Assembly: GCF_963921235.1 (NCBI RefSeq) | Contig: NC_086097.1 | Coordinates: 238,702,001 to 238,766,000 of the forward strand | Source: Mobula hypostoma | Lineage: Eukaryota | DNA: 64,000 bases | Direction of reading: 5' to 3' | Shown: positions 23,843-34,993 of the stretch, piece by piece | Position numbering within the stretch: position 1 is the first letter of the stretch | Layout of the letters: every line of letters begins with the position of its first letter | The notes under the pieces: generated by a model | The model's database searches: none | Told to the model about the DNA's origin: nothing | Seen by the model: only the letters and a program-made list of their open reading frames with translations | Program-made: the position numbers and the translations under genes

Positions 23843-24680
23843 GCTTGTTGGTAGAATCTCAGGTGGTCACGAGAGGGTGTACAGGAATGAGATATGTCAA
23901 CTAGTTGAGTGGTGCCACAGCAACAACTTGGCAGTCAAGGTCAGTAAGACGAAAGAGCTGATTGTGGACTTCCGGAAGGGTAAGACGAAGGAGCACATAC
24001 CAATCCTCACAGAGGGATCAGAAGTGGAGAGAGTGAGCAGTTTCAAACTCTTGGGTGTCAAGATCTCTGAGGATCTAACCTGGTCCCAACATATCGATGC
24101 AGTTATAAAGAAAGCAAGACAGTGGCTATACTTTATTAGGAGTTTGAAGAGATTCGGTTTGTCAACAAATACACTCAGAAACTTCTATAGGTGTACTGTA
24201 GAGAGCATTCTGACAGTCTGCATCACTGTCTGGTATGGAGGGGCTACTGCACAGGATCAAAAGAAGCTGCAGAGCTAATTTAATCAGTTCCATCTTGTGT
24301 ACTAGCCTACAAAGTACCTGGGATATCTTCAAGGAACGGTGTCTCAGAAAGGCAGTGTTCAGTATTAAGGACCTCCAGCACCCAGGGCATACCCTTTTCT
24401 CACTGTTACCATCAGGTAGGAGATAGAGAAGCCTGAAGGGACATACTCAGTGATTCAGGTACAGCTTCTTCCCCTCTGCCATCTGATTCTGAAATGGACA
24501 TTGAACCCTTGGACAGTACCTCACTTTTAAAAAAAATATATAGTACTTCTGTTTTTTGCACGATTTTTAATCTACTCAATATATGTACACAGCAATTGAT
24601 TGATTTATTATTATTTTTCTTCTATATTATATATTGCATTGAACTGTTGCTGCTGAGTTAACAAATTTCACGTGAAATTC
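23843..24680 (+). mobile_element. Rex1/Babar LINE 3' part
   Basis: WCHSNNLAVKVSKTKELIVDFRK..FKLLGVKISEDLTWSQH..FYRCTVESILT..WYG, then HPGHTLFSLLPSGRR. Confidence 0.93.
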
Positions 24681-25744
24681 TGAAATTCATTTTTTTGCAG
24701 GGATTCTTCGCAATCTATAGACTAGTAACTGTAAACAGGATCAATGAACAACAGACTGCAAATGCAAATATAAATAAATAGCAACAAATAACAAAATAAA
24801 GATTCCTTGAAATGAGACCATCAGTCTTGGGAACCCCAGAAGTGGAATGAGTGTAGTTATCCCCTTTTGTTCAAGGGCCTGACGGTTGAGGGGTAGGAAC
24901 TGTTCTTGAATCTCTTGGGTGACTTCACACATGTGATATTCCTTTAGATACCATAACACACAAACAGTCTCAAAGCTTCTTGGAGACACAGATCCGAGCT
25001 ACCCACCACTAATGCTGTGAAACTAATTTCCTTTAGCACATAAACCTTCCAAAATATTAATAGATCAGTTATTGATAAACTAAGTGATATTGGCCACATA
25101 GTCTGTAAGCTTCCTTGAACTGAGCAACTTAGCCAGCATTGTCTGTTTAAAAACAAACCCAATTAAATAACCCATTGTGTTATACTGCACCTCTTCAGCA
25201 ATTAGACAGGTGCTATGAACCAGCAGTCTGCTTTCAACAGTGCTTGTTTACAAAGCTATGCTTTAAAATTTATTACTGATTACTGCTCGCCATTTACATT
25301 TTCAGAACTGAAGACCGGATCCCATTTACAACCAGAAGCTAAACAATATGATTGGAAGTTTAACGTGCATCTGTTTGATCTTTACTAGTGGCTGTTGCTG
25401 TGTTTAGAAAACTGAGCTTGGCAAAAACTAGACAACTGGATACCCGTGACACAGCAAAAACCATTGGTATCTCATGTTCAGTTGAAGCAAGAACCATCCA
25501 CTCTCTAGTATGTTTCAAGTTAATTCAGCGAGGATTTGAATTCTTCACAGCTTTTTTTCTTGCTGTTAATTTGTGATTTAACAAATTCACACTTTTTAAA
25601 TATGTTGACCCATATTTGTCCTTTTATATGTAGTTTTTGGATACCTCTCCTATCCTTTTGAAAATTGTCCAGTTTTCTAGTCTTGCTAATTCTCACATTT
25701 TAATCTATTTGTATAATGTGTAAACTAACACCTTTTGACCAGAG

Positions 25745-27880
25745 ATTTGGGGAATAACAGGTTAATTAGCGAGGGCCAATGAAAAAGTTATTGGGTTTGT
25801 GCAGAGCGGCCATTGTGGGAATGGACAGTGTTAGAGTGGCTAGAAATTAAATCTGAGAAGATAGAGGCATAGCAAGTGTAGGCAGGATGGTAGGCAGTGA
25901 AAATGCTCCTCCCATGAGATGTGGGATTTCAGGATACCTAACAGTCTCCCTGATGACTACATCTACAGGAAATGCACTCAACTTCAGCTCCAGCCTGACA
26001 AGGTCAAGGAACTGGAGATGGAGCTCTATGTACTCATGAGAATCTGAGGGGTTGAAAACTTCACAGATGATTCTTTTATTGAAGTGGTCACCCCCAGAGT
26101 ACATGCTTCAGATAGTAGATGGGTAACTACCAGGAGAAGTAAGGGGAGTAAGTAGTTAGGGCAGCATTCATCTATGGAAATTCCCTTCAGCACCAAGTAA
26201 ACCTCTTTGGATACTGCTGGGGGGATGATTTGTCAGGGTCCAGCAGCAACAGCCAGGCCATTGGCACTGTGTCCAGCTCTAAGGCAGTAGAAGAAAAGTC
26301 AGGCAGAGTGGTAGTGATAGGCAACTCGATACTCTGGGGGACAGATAGTAGGTTCTGAGGCCATGAAAAAGAAACCAGGATGGTGTGTTGTCCCCAGTTG
26401 CTAGGGTCCAGGTGTCGCGGAGTGGCTGCAGAAGGTTCTAAAGAGGTAGGGTGAGCAGCCAAAAACCTTGGTGCACATTAGCACCAATGACATAGGTAGA
26501 AAGGAGAAAGAGATCCTACACAGTGAATATAGAGAGTTAGGGACGTTCTAGTCAGGGCATGAATAGGATGTTCATACAGATGAATGAGTAGCTGAGGAAC
26601 TACTGCAGGGGTCAGTATTTCAGATTTATGGATCATTGGGATCTCTTCTGGGAGAGGTAAGACCTGTACAGAAGGAACAAGTTACACCTGAACCCAAGGC
26701 GGATCAATATCCTTGCAGGAAAGCTCACTACAGCTGTTGGGGAGGGATTAAACTAAGTTGGCAGGAGAATGGGACAGTGGTATATAAGTCGATGCACTGT
26801 GTTGTATAGCTGTGAGGAAGGACAGACAGATGATGGGGCAAATTTGCAGTGGGATGAAGTTAAGTGTAGCATGGGAGCAAAACAGGACTGAAGGTGTTGT
26901 ATTTGAATGCACACAGTATATGGAATGAGATAGATGATCTCGTAGCGCAGTTAGAAATTGGTAAGTATGAAGTTGAAGACATCACTGAAACATGGTTGCA
27001 AGAAGATCAAAGTTGGGAACTTACCATCCAAGGATATATCTTGTATTGAAAGAACCGGCAGAGGCGGTGGGTGTAAAAAAAATCAAATCCTTAGAAAGCG
27101 GTGACATAGGATTGGAAGATGTAAGATCTTTATTGATAGAGCTAAGAAACTGCAAGGGTAAAAAGACCCTGATGGGAGTTATGCAGTATACAGGCCCCCA
27201 AACAGTAGCCAGGATGTGAGATATAAATTTCAAGGAGAAACAGAAAAGGCATGCAATTAGGGCAATGTTATGATATTCAGCGGATTTCAATATGCAGGTA
27301 GATTGGGAAAATCAGGTTGGTGCTGGATACCAGGATAAGGAATTTGTAGAATGTCTAGGAGGTGGTTTTTTAGAGCAGCTTGTTGTTGAGCCCACCTTCT
27401 GGATTGGATGCGGTGTAGTGAACCAGATTTGAGTAGGAAATTTAAAGGAATCTTTGGGAGGTAGTGATCATAATATGATACAGTTCTCACCCTGCAGTTA
27501 GAGAGGGAGAGGATAGAGTCAGATGTATCAGTATTACAATAGAGTAAAGGGAATTACAGAGGCATGAGAGAGGAGCTGACCAAAGTTGATTGGAAGGGGA
27601 CAATAACAGGGATGACAGCAGAACAGCAATGTCTGCAGTCTCTGGTGGAAATTTGGAAGATAAAGTATCCCAAAGGCCAGAAGAGGCAATTATGCCTGAT
27701 AAGGAAAATCAAAGACAGCATAATAGCAAAAGAGAGGGCATATAATACTATAAAAATTAGTGGGAAGTTAGAGGGTAGGGAAAATTTTAAAAATGAACAA
27801 AAAGCAACTAAAAAAAAAATAAGGAGAGGAAAGGTCAAATATGAATGTAAGCCCACCAGTAATATCAAAGAAGATACAGA
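25745..27880 (+). mobile_element. CR1 LINE 5' part: decayed ORF1 (zinc finger, SGNH esterase) and ORF2 endonuclease
   Basis: VVIGNS (GDSL-like), RMVCC, VHISTNDIG, LHLN in ORF1; LKVLYLNAHSI, ITETWL, LGGSDHNMI in ORF2; many stops and frameshifts. Confidence 0.88.
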
Positions 27881-28034
27881 GTCTGATAGATAGGGTCATG
27901 AAGGGATCTGGGGGAAGGCAGGAGACTGAAACTGAGAGTAGAAAATCAATCAGCCATGATGAAATGGCAGAGCAGACTCGATGGGTCAAATAGCCTAATT
28001 CTGTTCCTATATCTTATGGTCTTATAGTATTACT

Positions 28035-28290
28035 TATTTATTTAGATAGAGCATAGAATAGCCCCTGTACTGCCCTTCAATTTAATCCTCGTCTAATCAC
28101 AGGACAATTGACCAATTAGTCTATCAACAAGTATGTCTTTGGCATGAGGGAGGAAACCAGAGCATCCGGAAGAAATCCACGTTGTCACAGGGAGAATATA
28201 CAAACGCCTCAGAGGCAGTGGCCGGAATTGAACCCAGGTCATTGGTACTATAAAATGTTGTGCTAACCACTATGCTACTGTGCCACCCAA
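28035..28290 (-). mobile_element. V-domain SINE
   Basis: Reverse-complement head (ggaattgaacc, ctaaccactatgcta) and V-domain. Confidence 0.8.
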
Positions 28291-28513
28291 TGCTGGCAGT
28301 TTATCTCCTTTAAGTTTCTTCAGTATCAATAGACTCTGTACCGATTGTCAACACAAGCTGAGTTAGACCATGGGACAAGTCAGCAGAAAAACAAGACTAT
28401 CAGCCCACGGTGTCTGTGCCTACCATGAAACTAGTACCCCCTCCCCTTACATATAATGATAAATATTATATTTATTTGTCAAATGCATATCAAAGCAATC
28501 AGTGAAATGTGTT

Positions 28514-28721
28514 CAAACAACAGGAATTCTGCAGATGCTGGAAATTCAAGCAACACACATAAAAGTTGCTGGTGAACGCAGCAGGCCAGGCAGCATCTCT
28601 AGGAAGAGGTGCAGCCGACGTTTCAGGCCGAGACCCTTCGTCAGGGTTCTGACGAAGGGTCTCGGCCTGAAACGTCGACTGCACCTCTTCCTAGAGATGC
28701 TGCCTGGCCTGCTGCGTTCAC
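28514..28721. mobile_element. Palindromic PLE-terminus insertion with hammerhead cores on both strands, nested in a SINE
   Basis: Inverted arms centred near 28646; 14-bp TSD cagtgaaatgtgtt at 28500-28513 and 28722-28735. Confidence 0.92.
28645..28680 (+). ncRNA. Minimal type I hammerhead ribozyme motif with intact core
   Basis: ggtt-CTGACGA(28649-28655)-agggtctcggcct-GAAA(28669-28672)-c-GTC(28674-28676)-gact; palindromic ACGT in place of stem III; mirror core on the minus strand (CTGACGA at 28644..28638). Confidence 0.72.
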
Positions 28722-29984
28722 CAGTGAAATGTGTTGTTTGCATCAAATCAAATCAGCAAGGATTATACGGGGCAGCCCATAAATTACGCCACACTTCCAT
28801 AGCTTGCCCACGCTCACAAGCCCTAACCAGTTCATTATGGTAGTAAACTAGAACACCCAGAGGAAACTCATTCAATCATGAGGAGAACATACAAACTCCT
28901 TACAGACAGCAGTGTGACTCCATTGCTTGCCTGTGCAGGTGCCTGTCCGAATGCCAATTAAATATTGCTATTGTATTTACTTCCATTGCTTCCCTTTGCA
29001 GATTGTTCCAAGAGTGTCTGTGTAAGAAAAACTTGCTTTGTTTAAATCTCCTTTAAACTTTCCTTCTTTCAACTTTAAACTATAGTATCTGACATTTCTA
29101 CCCTCGGAGAAAGACTAGAGTAAATTAGACCCTGTATATATTTCTCATAGTTTGATATACTTCACCTCAGGTTGCCCTGGAGTATCTGACACTCCAGAAA
29201 AAACAATCCAACTTTGTCCAACATCATTTATAATGGGGAGGAAGGAGAACATTCTACATTCATGGCTACACACACACCTTTGGAATGGCATGCTTACCAA
29301 AATCTATTTTAAACCTGCCTATTCACCTCCACTCCCAGTAATTCCATGTCAAGTGCTGTCCAGATTGCCAATCACTCTCCAGTTTCAGTATCCTTTCTAA
29401 GATAAGGGCCCCAAAACTGCACACAGTACTCCAAGCGAGGCCTCTCTAGTTCTTTATAAAGTCTCAACATTACATCCTTGATTTCATATTCTAGTAGGTT
29501 TATATCAATTTACCGCTTACCCAAAACCTTGTAGTTCATACCCTTGCTTACCTCTCTCTCTACAACTCCAAAAATTGGCATTATGATTCTCATCCAATGT
29601 TAAAATGTACTTCATATTCTCAGCCAAATCTGGCCAAAGCAGACATAATGTTCCCTTCAACCAATTCATCCACCAAAGACCTTCCATTTCCATCTTTCAT
29701 TTTGATGTGGATTATTTATTCATTACAAGTGTGATGACATTAAGTCAGTTGACCACAAGTTCTAAATTCAAACAAAGACCTAAAGCCCTATCATGTACAG
29801 TATAAATGGCCCTCACTTTAGTACCCTCACTAAAGAGAGATCATACTGTAACTACCCAATCTTAAAAGACTAGTTCATTTTCCTGTTATTTTCCATGCTT
29901 CATTGTGTTTTATTGCCAATACCCATTATTCGAGTGGTGATTTCCTCCCCCCCAACCCTCAACTATAACACTAAAGAGAACTCA

Positions 29985-30180
29985 CCCAGAGAGTTGTGGA
30001 TCTGTGGAATGCTCTGTCTCAGAAGACAGTGGAGGCCAATTCTCTGGATGCTTTCAAGAAAGAGTTAGACAGAGTTCTTAAAGATAGTGGAGTCAAGGGA
30101 TATGGGGAGAAGGCAGGAACGGTTTGAATGGCGGTGCTGGCTCGAAGTGCCGAATGGCCTACTCCTGCACCTATTGTCTG
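29985..30180 (+). mobile_element. CR1 3' end (attgtct-tail subfamily)
   Basis: Close match to the reverse complement of 34995-35230. Confidence 0.85.
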
Positions 30181-31544
30181 TAGCCTGCTACCATCACCGA
30201 TTGTTATAGTTACATGACACACCCTCAGCTCCAATGAAATGATTGCTCCAAAGAGTTGAATTCCTTATTTCAATCCTTTATTAGCAATTCGCAAATATAC
30301 AATCTTGAAGCAATATGAAGTGATCAGCAAAGATATGTAATCTGCCGGTTTCAAGCCACAAACTGTCGCAAAATATGCAAGAATACGTAACTTATTCCCT
30401 TTGTTTTTAACACACCGCCAGTCATGTGACTAGGTACCATAATAAACCGAATAAACCCCACAGCACAGAATATGAAGCAGATAGAGAACAGATACATGGC
30501 TCCAACATATATTATATAAAATTTATATTTATATCTGATAGGGAAAGTAACTCAAATCCATCATTTTTAAATTGTGAAACTGATTAGGAAGTTACAATGT
30601 TCAATGACTTTTATCAAAACATTACATTGAGGAAATTATTTGATCCTTTAAGTCAGCACCTGATTTTTAATGAGGAATCCTATTAGTTTCTGTCCAATGC
30701 CCTATCACAAACCCCCAATTGTTTTGCCTTCAAGTATTTAACCAGTTCATTTCAAGATTAACTGTTGAATCTGAATCAAGCTGTGCATTCAAAAGTAGAC
30801 ATCTTCATTGTTTTAGTAAAAATTTTATGTCAACTTAGCTTCTGTTGCTGTCATCTTAAATCCATTCTCTCTGGTTAATAAACAGTGTTTGACCATTGTA
30901 ACCCAATATAATGACTGCCTTTAAGCTTTAGTTCCACAGTTTGTATGTGAACAGATGGAACTACTAATTTGTGATCTCAGCAGTGTACAATGCTGGTACA
31001 GCACAAAAAACCACCAGACCACTAACCCAAGTATAAGAGGAGAAATTGTGAAAAACACTCAGCAGGTCAGGCTGTGCAAAGAGAAAGCAGGTTAACAATT
31101 GAAGCTGAAGGCCTTTCTTCAAAGAGAGGAGAGTTGAAGAGGAGAAAGGGGACACCTCTGACAGAATAAGGTCAGGGTCACCAAAAGAATAAGACCTAAC
31201 GTCATTCATTTGGTAGCAACAAACCAGATACAGACAGAACTCAAGCAGCATCTGGGGAGGGAAATAGGCAGTTGATGCTTTGGGTCAAGAACCTTCATCT
31301 GGACTCCCTAAAGGCTGGCTGCCCATTTCCCTCCACATATGTTGTCTCCCTTGCTGAGTTCCTCTAGCATTTTGTTTGCTGCTCCAGATTCAAGCAACTG
31401 CAACCTCTCATGATTTCCTCCATATGCTCGATGACTTGGGTTGGACCAAAAGGCCTGTTTCGACACTGTACAACACTTATTATTGAACCACGAACCTGAA
31501 ACAGGTAACAAATATGCCAGCTATAGACATGTCCAATGTGCACG

Positions 31545-31850
31545 CCACGGTAGCAAAGTTATTATAGCTTGCAACATTCCAGAGTTGTGAGTTTAATACT
31601 GGTGCTATCTGTAACTTCCCCAGTTGAATGCGTAGGTTTTCTGGGTGCTCCATTTTCCTCCCACAATCCCAAGATGTAGCAGGTAGGTTAATTGGTCAGT
31701 GTAAATTGTCCCATCATTAGGTTGGGTTAATTGGGTTTGTCAGGGGCTGCTGGGGTGGTGTGGCTTGTAGGATCAGTAGGGCCGACTCTGTGCTGTATCC
31801 CTAAATAGACAAACAAACAAGCAAACAAACAAACAAATAGATAAATAAAA
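31545..31850 (+). mobile_element. V-domain SINE
   Basis: gggtgctccattttcctcccacaatcc..ggttaattggtcagtgtaaattgtcc; (aaac)n/(aaat)n tail. Confidence 0.8.
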
Positions 31851-32109
31851 GTGAGTCCAGATGAACAGGGTGAATTCTGGTAAAGGCAGGGGAATCTAAT
31901 CAGGTGAAATTGGAGAATTCAGTATTGCACCTGTGAGGCTGAAATGTGACCAACTGGAAGATGGGGAATTATTCTTTCAAGCTTATATCAGACATCATTG
32001 TCAGAATCAGAATCAGGTTTATAATCGCTGACATATGTTGTGAAATGTGATATTTTGTGGCAACAGTACAGTGCAATACATAAAGCAATCTCTAAATTAC
32101 AAGAATACT

Positions 32110-32642
32110 TATTTATGTATTGCACTGTACTGTTGCTGCAAAATAAAAAAAATTAGTCCTGACAAAGGGTCTTGGCCTGAAACGGCGACTGTACTTCTTC
32201 CTATAGGTGCTGCCTGCCCTGCTGCATTCCACGAGCATTTTGTGCGTGTTGATAAAAAAAAACAAATGTCACGTCGTACGTGAATGATGATAGGCCTGAT
32301 TCTGATATGGGTTTCTATTGTAGACTGAGAGTGGGAAGGGGAAGGGAGAGGAGAATTATAGTTGGGAACGGGAGAAGTGTGAGGGGAGGGAGCGGGAAGC
32401 ACCAGAGAGACATTCCGTAATAATCAATAAACCAATTGTTTGGAAACAAATGACCTTGCCTGGCGTCTCAGGGCTGGGTGGGTCCGCATCTGCACAATCT
32501 GCCCCCCAACCCCTGGCATCCTTCTCAGCCACCTGTTGCACACTCCTCCCACAGCACTCCACCCTCGCCGTTCCCAACATCAGTACTGTGCAAAAAATCT
32601 TAGGCCTCCTAATATATACACAAGATTTTTTGCAGAGTACTG
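32110..32642 (-). mobile_element. Composite Tc1-like element copy (cargo plus one mini-MITE at 32581-32642)
   Basis: cagtactgtgcaaaaaatcttaggc...tgcagagtactg|ta; cargo is the reverse complement of 16580-16930. Confidence 0.7.
32153..32251 (+). mobile_element. Single-arm PLE-terminus insert beginning at the hammerhead
   Basis: ttagtc-CTGACAA-agggtcttggcct-GAAA-cggc-gact; TSD ataaaaaaaa at 32143-32152 and 32252-32261. Confidence 0.85.
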
Positions 32643-32644
32643 TA

Positions 32645-32925
32645 GCACTGTAGCAGAGCGGTTAGCCTAATGGTATAATGTTAATGCAGCTCAGGGCATC
32701 GGAGTATGGAGTTCAACGCTGATGCCTTCTCTAAGGAATCTACATCCACCCCGTGGAACGTGTGGGTTTCTCTAGGTGCTCCGTGTTCCTCCCTCAGTCT
32801 AAAGACATACAGGTTAGTTGGTCGTTATAATTTGCCCTGTGATCAGGGGTCACTGGATGGTACAGCTCGAAGGGCCGGAGGGGTCTATTCCACGCTGTAT
32901 CTCTAAGTTAAAATAATAAATCAAA
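32645..32925 (+). mobile_element. V-domain SINE
   Basis: tagcagagcggttagc head, gagttcaac B-box-like, V-domain, tail gctgtatctctaa. Confidence 0.75.
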
Positions 32926-34993
32926 TTTAAAACCGGATGCAACCAGAAACTCAGCATCACTACTGCAGACCACAGGTTGTCAGCAAAGCTGTCCCCCAAT
33001 CTGAATTTGGCTACTTTATTGTAGAACGGACTGCATTGTGACTGCCAAATTAGAAATGTGTCCCCACCATGGTGGGAAAGGAAGCGGTAAAAGGACTGGT
33101 ATTGCATGGATTACCTTCAATGCAGACAGGATGGCAAGAGGTGGCTAGAACTGCTTTCAGGTAAGTACAGCAACTGCTTATTCACAGGCAAGCAGTGAAA
33201 TACTTCACTCACATGTAAGTCGAACGAGCACTCATCAAAGTCACCTGACTATAGGAACTACAACACTAAACATTCAGTACATTTGTCAAATCTGTTCAAG
33301 TTACACAACAAGACTAAACAAGCAATAAACAACTACTTAAATTAGTGTGGACGTGAAACACAAGGTCCTCACCCTAGTAACTGTAACATACATCCAAATA
33401 GTTTCTCCAAAGCTTCTTATGGTTCACTCTGAAGTGGCTCGTCTTCAAGAGAGTGAGAGCACACGTACATTCACTTTCATGCACCTGAAGACAAGAAACC
33501 AGTGGCAGATATCGCAGCAAGTGATCTGGGATCGGATGCCAGTAACGCAGGGCACGGGAGCTAACCAATGGGAAGGTGGATACATACATCATTGACCAAC
33601 ATGGTGGAAGTGACTTTTGGAACAATGTTCAATCAGCAAGTTAAACTTCAATATTACATTAGGTGTGTCAGTTTTGACCAAAAAATCTTCAACATGAAAC
33701 ATTATGTTTGTTTCTCTTTCCATTGATTCTCCCTCTCCTGCTGAGTGCCCCTAGCAATCGCTGCTTTTATTTCAGATTTCCAGCAAGTGTCGTTTGTAAA
33801 TTTGCAGGTTTTTGTAAATAAAACAAAGTGAGGTTTTTTTATGTTTAAGGAAAACAGTAACACATTTTATGAACTGCAAACCCTGAACACAAAAATGTGC
33901 TAAAAAATCCCTTTAAGTAATTACATCATATCAGACCAGCCTCTTAAAGTGAACCCTACTTCAATGTCAGTGGTTGTGAATTATGTACCAATTATATTAC
34001 CTTACACATTTATTTATTCATAATATAAATGCCAAGATTAACAATTCATTGACTCAAGTTCAAATCCTACCATGCAAGCTGTAGAATTTCAATTCAGTTA
34101 ATAATTTGTAAGTGGGAAAATAAAATAAGAAGCTGAGATGGTTAGTGAAATTTTGCACCATTTAACGCAAAGATACATGCAAAATAACTTCCTGGAAGTG
34201 TGGCTCACAATGATTTGCAAAGGCTTGCTGAACACCTAGACCTTTTAGAGTATGGATGTTTCAAAGTTTATTCTCTAAACCAATTTCATTTTTGGATTAA
34301 GGTAGAAAAAGAGGCAAGACCAAGATTGAGTTGTAAGAGTGAAACAGAGAAAGTTAAATAACAATTCAATTAAGAGTGAGACCAAAAGGAAGAGAAAATT
34401 TGATGTTTCTAACAATAGCAACCTGAAGTAATGAGTCTCCAATTTTTTAATTATTATTTTCTAGACCACAGAGCCTGATTAGTATCAATTGGTAAATCAT
34501 TGTTTAAAGAACATAAACTGTATGCTATTAATTGTTTAGTTTTCTTAAAACTTAATTAAATTAAATGTACACTTTCTTTTGTGGAGATATGTAATGAACT
34601 TTGTATTGCATGAAACCATTTGATGTGACAAAAAAGGAGTTGTACAATCCCAGAGTGCAAAGCTAGAATGTTGCAATTTATGTGTGAGACTAAAGTAACA
34701 AGAAGAATCTACAAGAAAAAATTGCTTACGAATGGAATACATGACTGCAAGCACCCAATGTACTGAACATTGTGCAAGAATAAGGAAGTAGCAGATACAA
34801 GTCAAACACAAATAGCAGACAAATGTGCCAGTTGATGATTGGAAGGACTAAGCTCACTAGAAATAGTAACCTCACTTTGTTCTTTTGTATAAAAAGAACA
34901 CCTTGTAAATGGTGTGTTGGAAGTCTCCTACCATCCCTGGTAGTAGGGGATGTGAACTTCTCTTACAAGTAATAAATGCGCTTGATAAAGGTA

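Larger units (their letters stand above)
31020..33120 (-). mobile_element. Very old Penelope-like element fragmented by SINE, MITE and hammerhead-module insertions
   Basis: ORF 32850-33107 IWQSQCSPFYNKVAKFRLGDSFADNL is a decayed GIY-YIG (compare IRCSQYGLLYIGET.RRLGDRFTEHL); 31905-31990 resembles the PLE C-terminus; terminus-like sequence at 31040-31130. Confidence 0.55.

Noticed and set aside
23673..24278. 201-aa ORF as a host gene or domesticated fusion
   Set aside because: The C-terminal part is Rex1 RT and the first roughly 57 residues are unrecognisable flank in frame by chance.
25306..25576. Open frame of about 90 codons after an acceptor-like tttacattttcag
   Set aside because: No recognisable protein similarity and only weak donor candidates; needs BLASTX or RNA-seq.
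33125..33166. Strong donor ttcag|gtaagt
   Set aside because: No convincing acceptor or coding frame, and it lies beside decayed PLE sequence.
33484..33500. cctgaagacaagaaac as another hammerhead
   Set aside because: CTGAAGA is followed too closely by GAAA to form stem II, with no suitable stem I or cleavage triplet.
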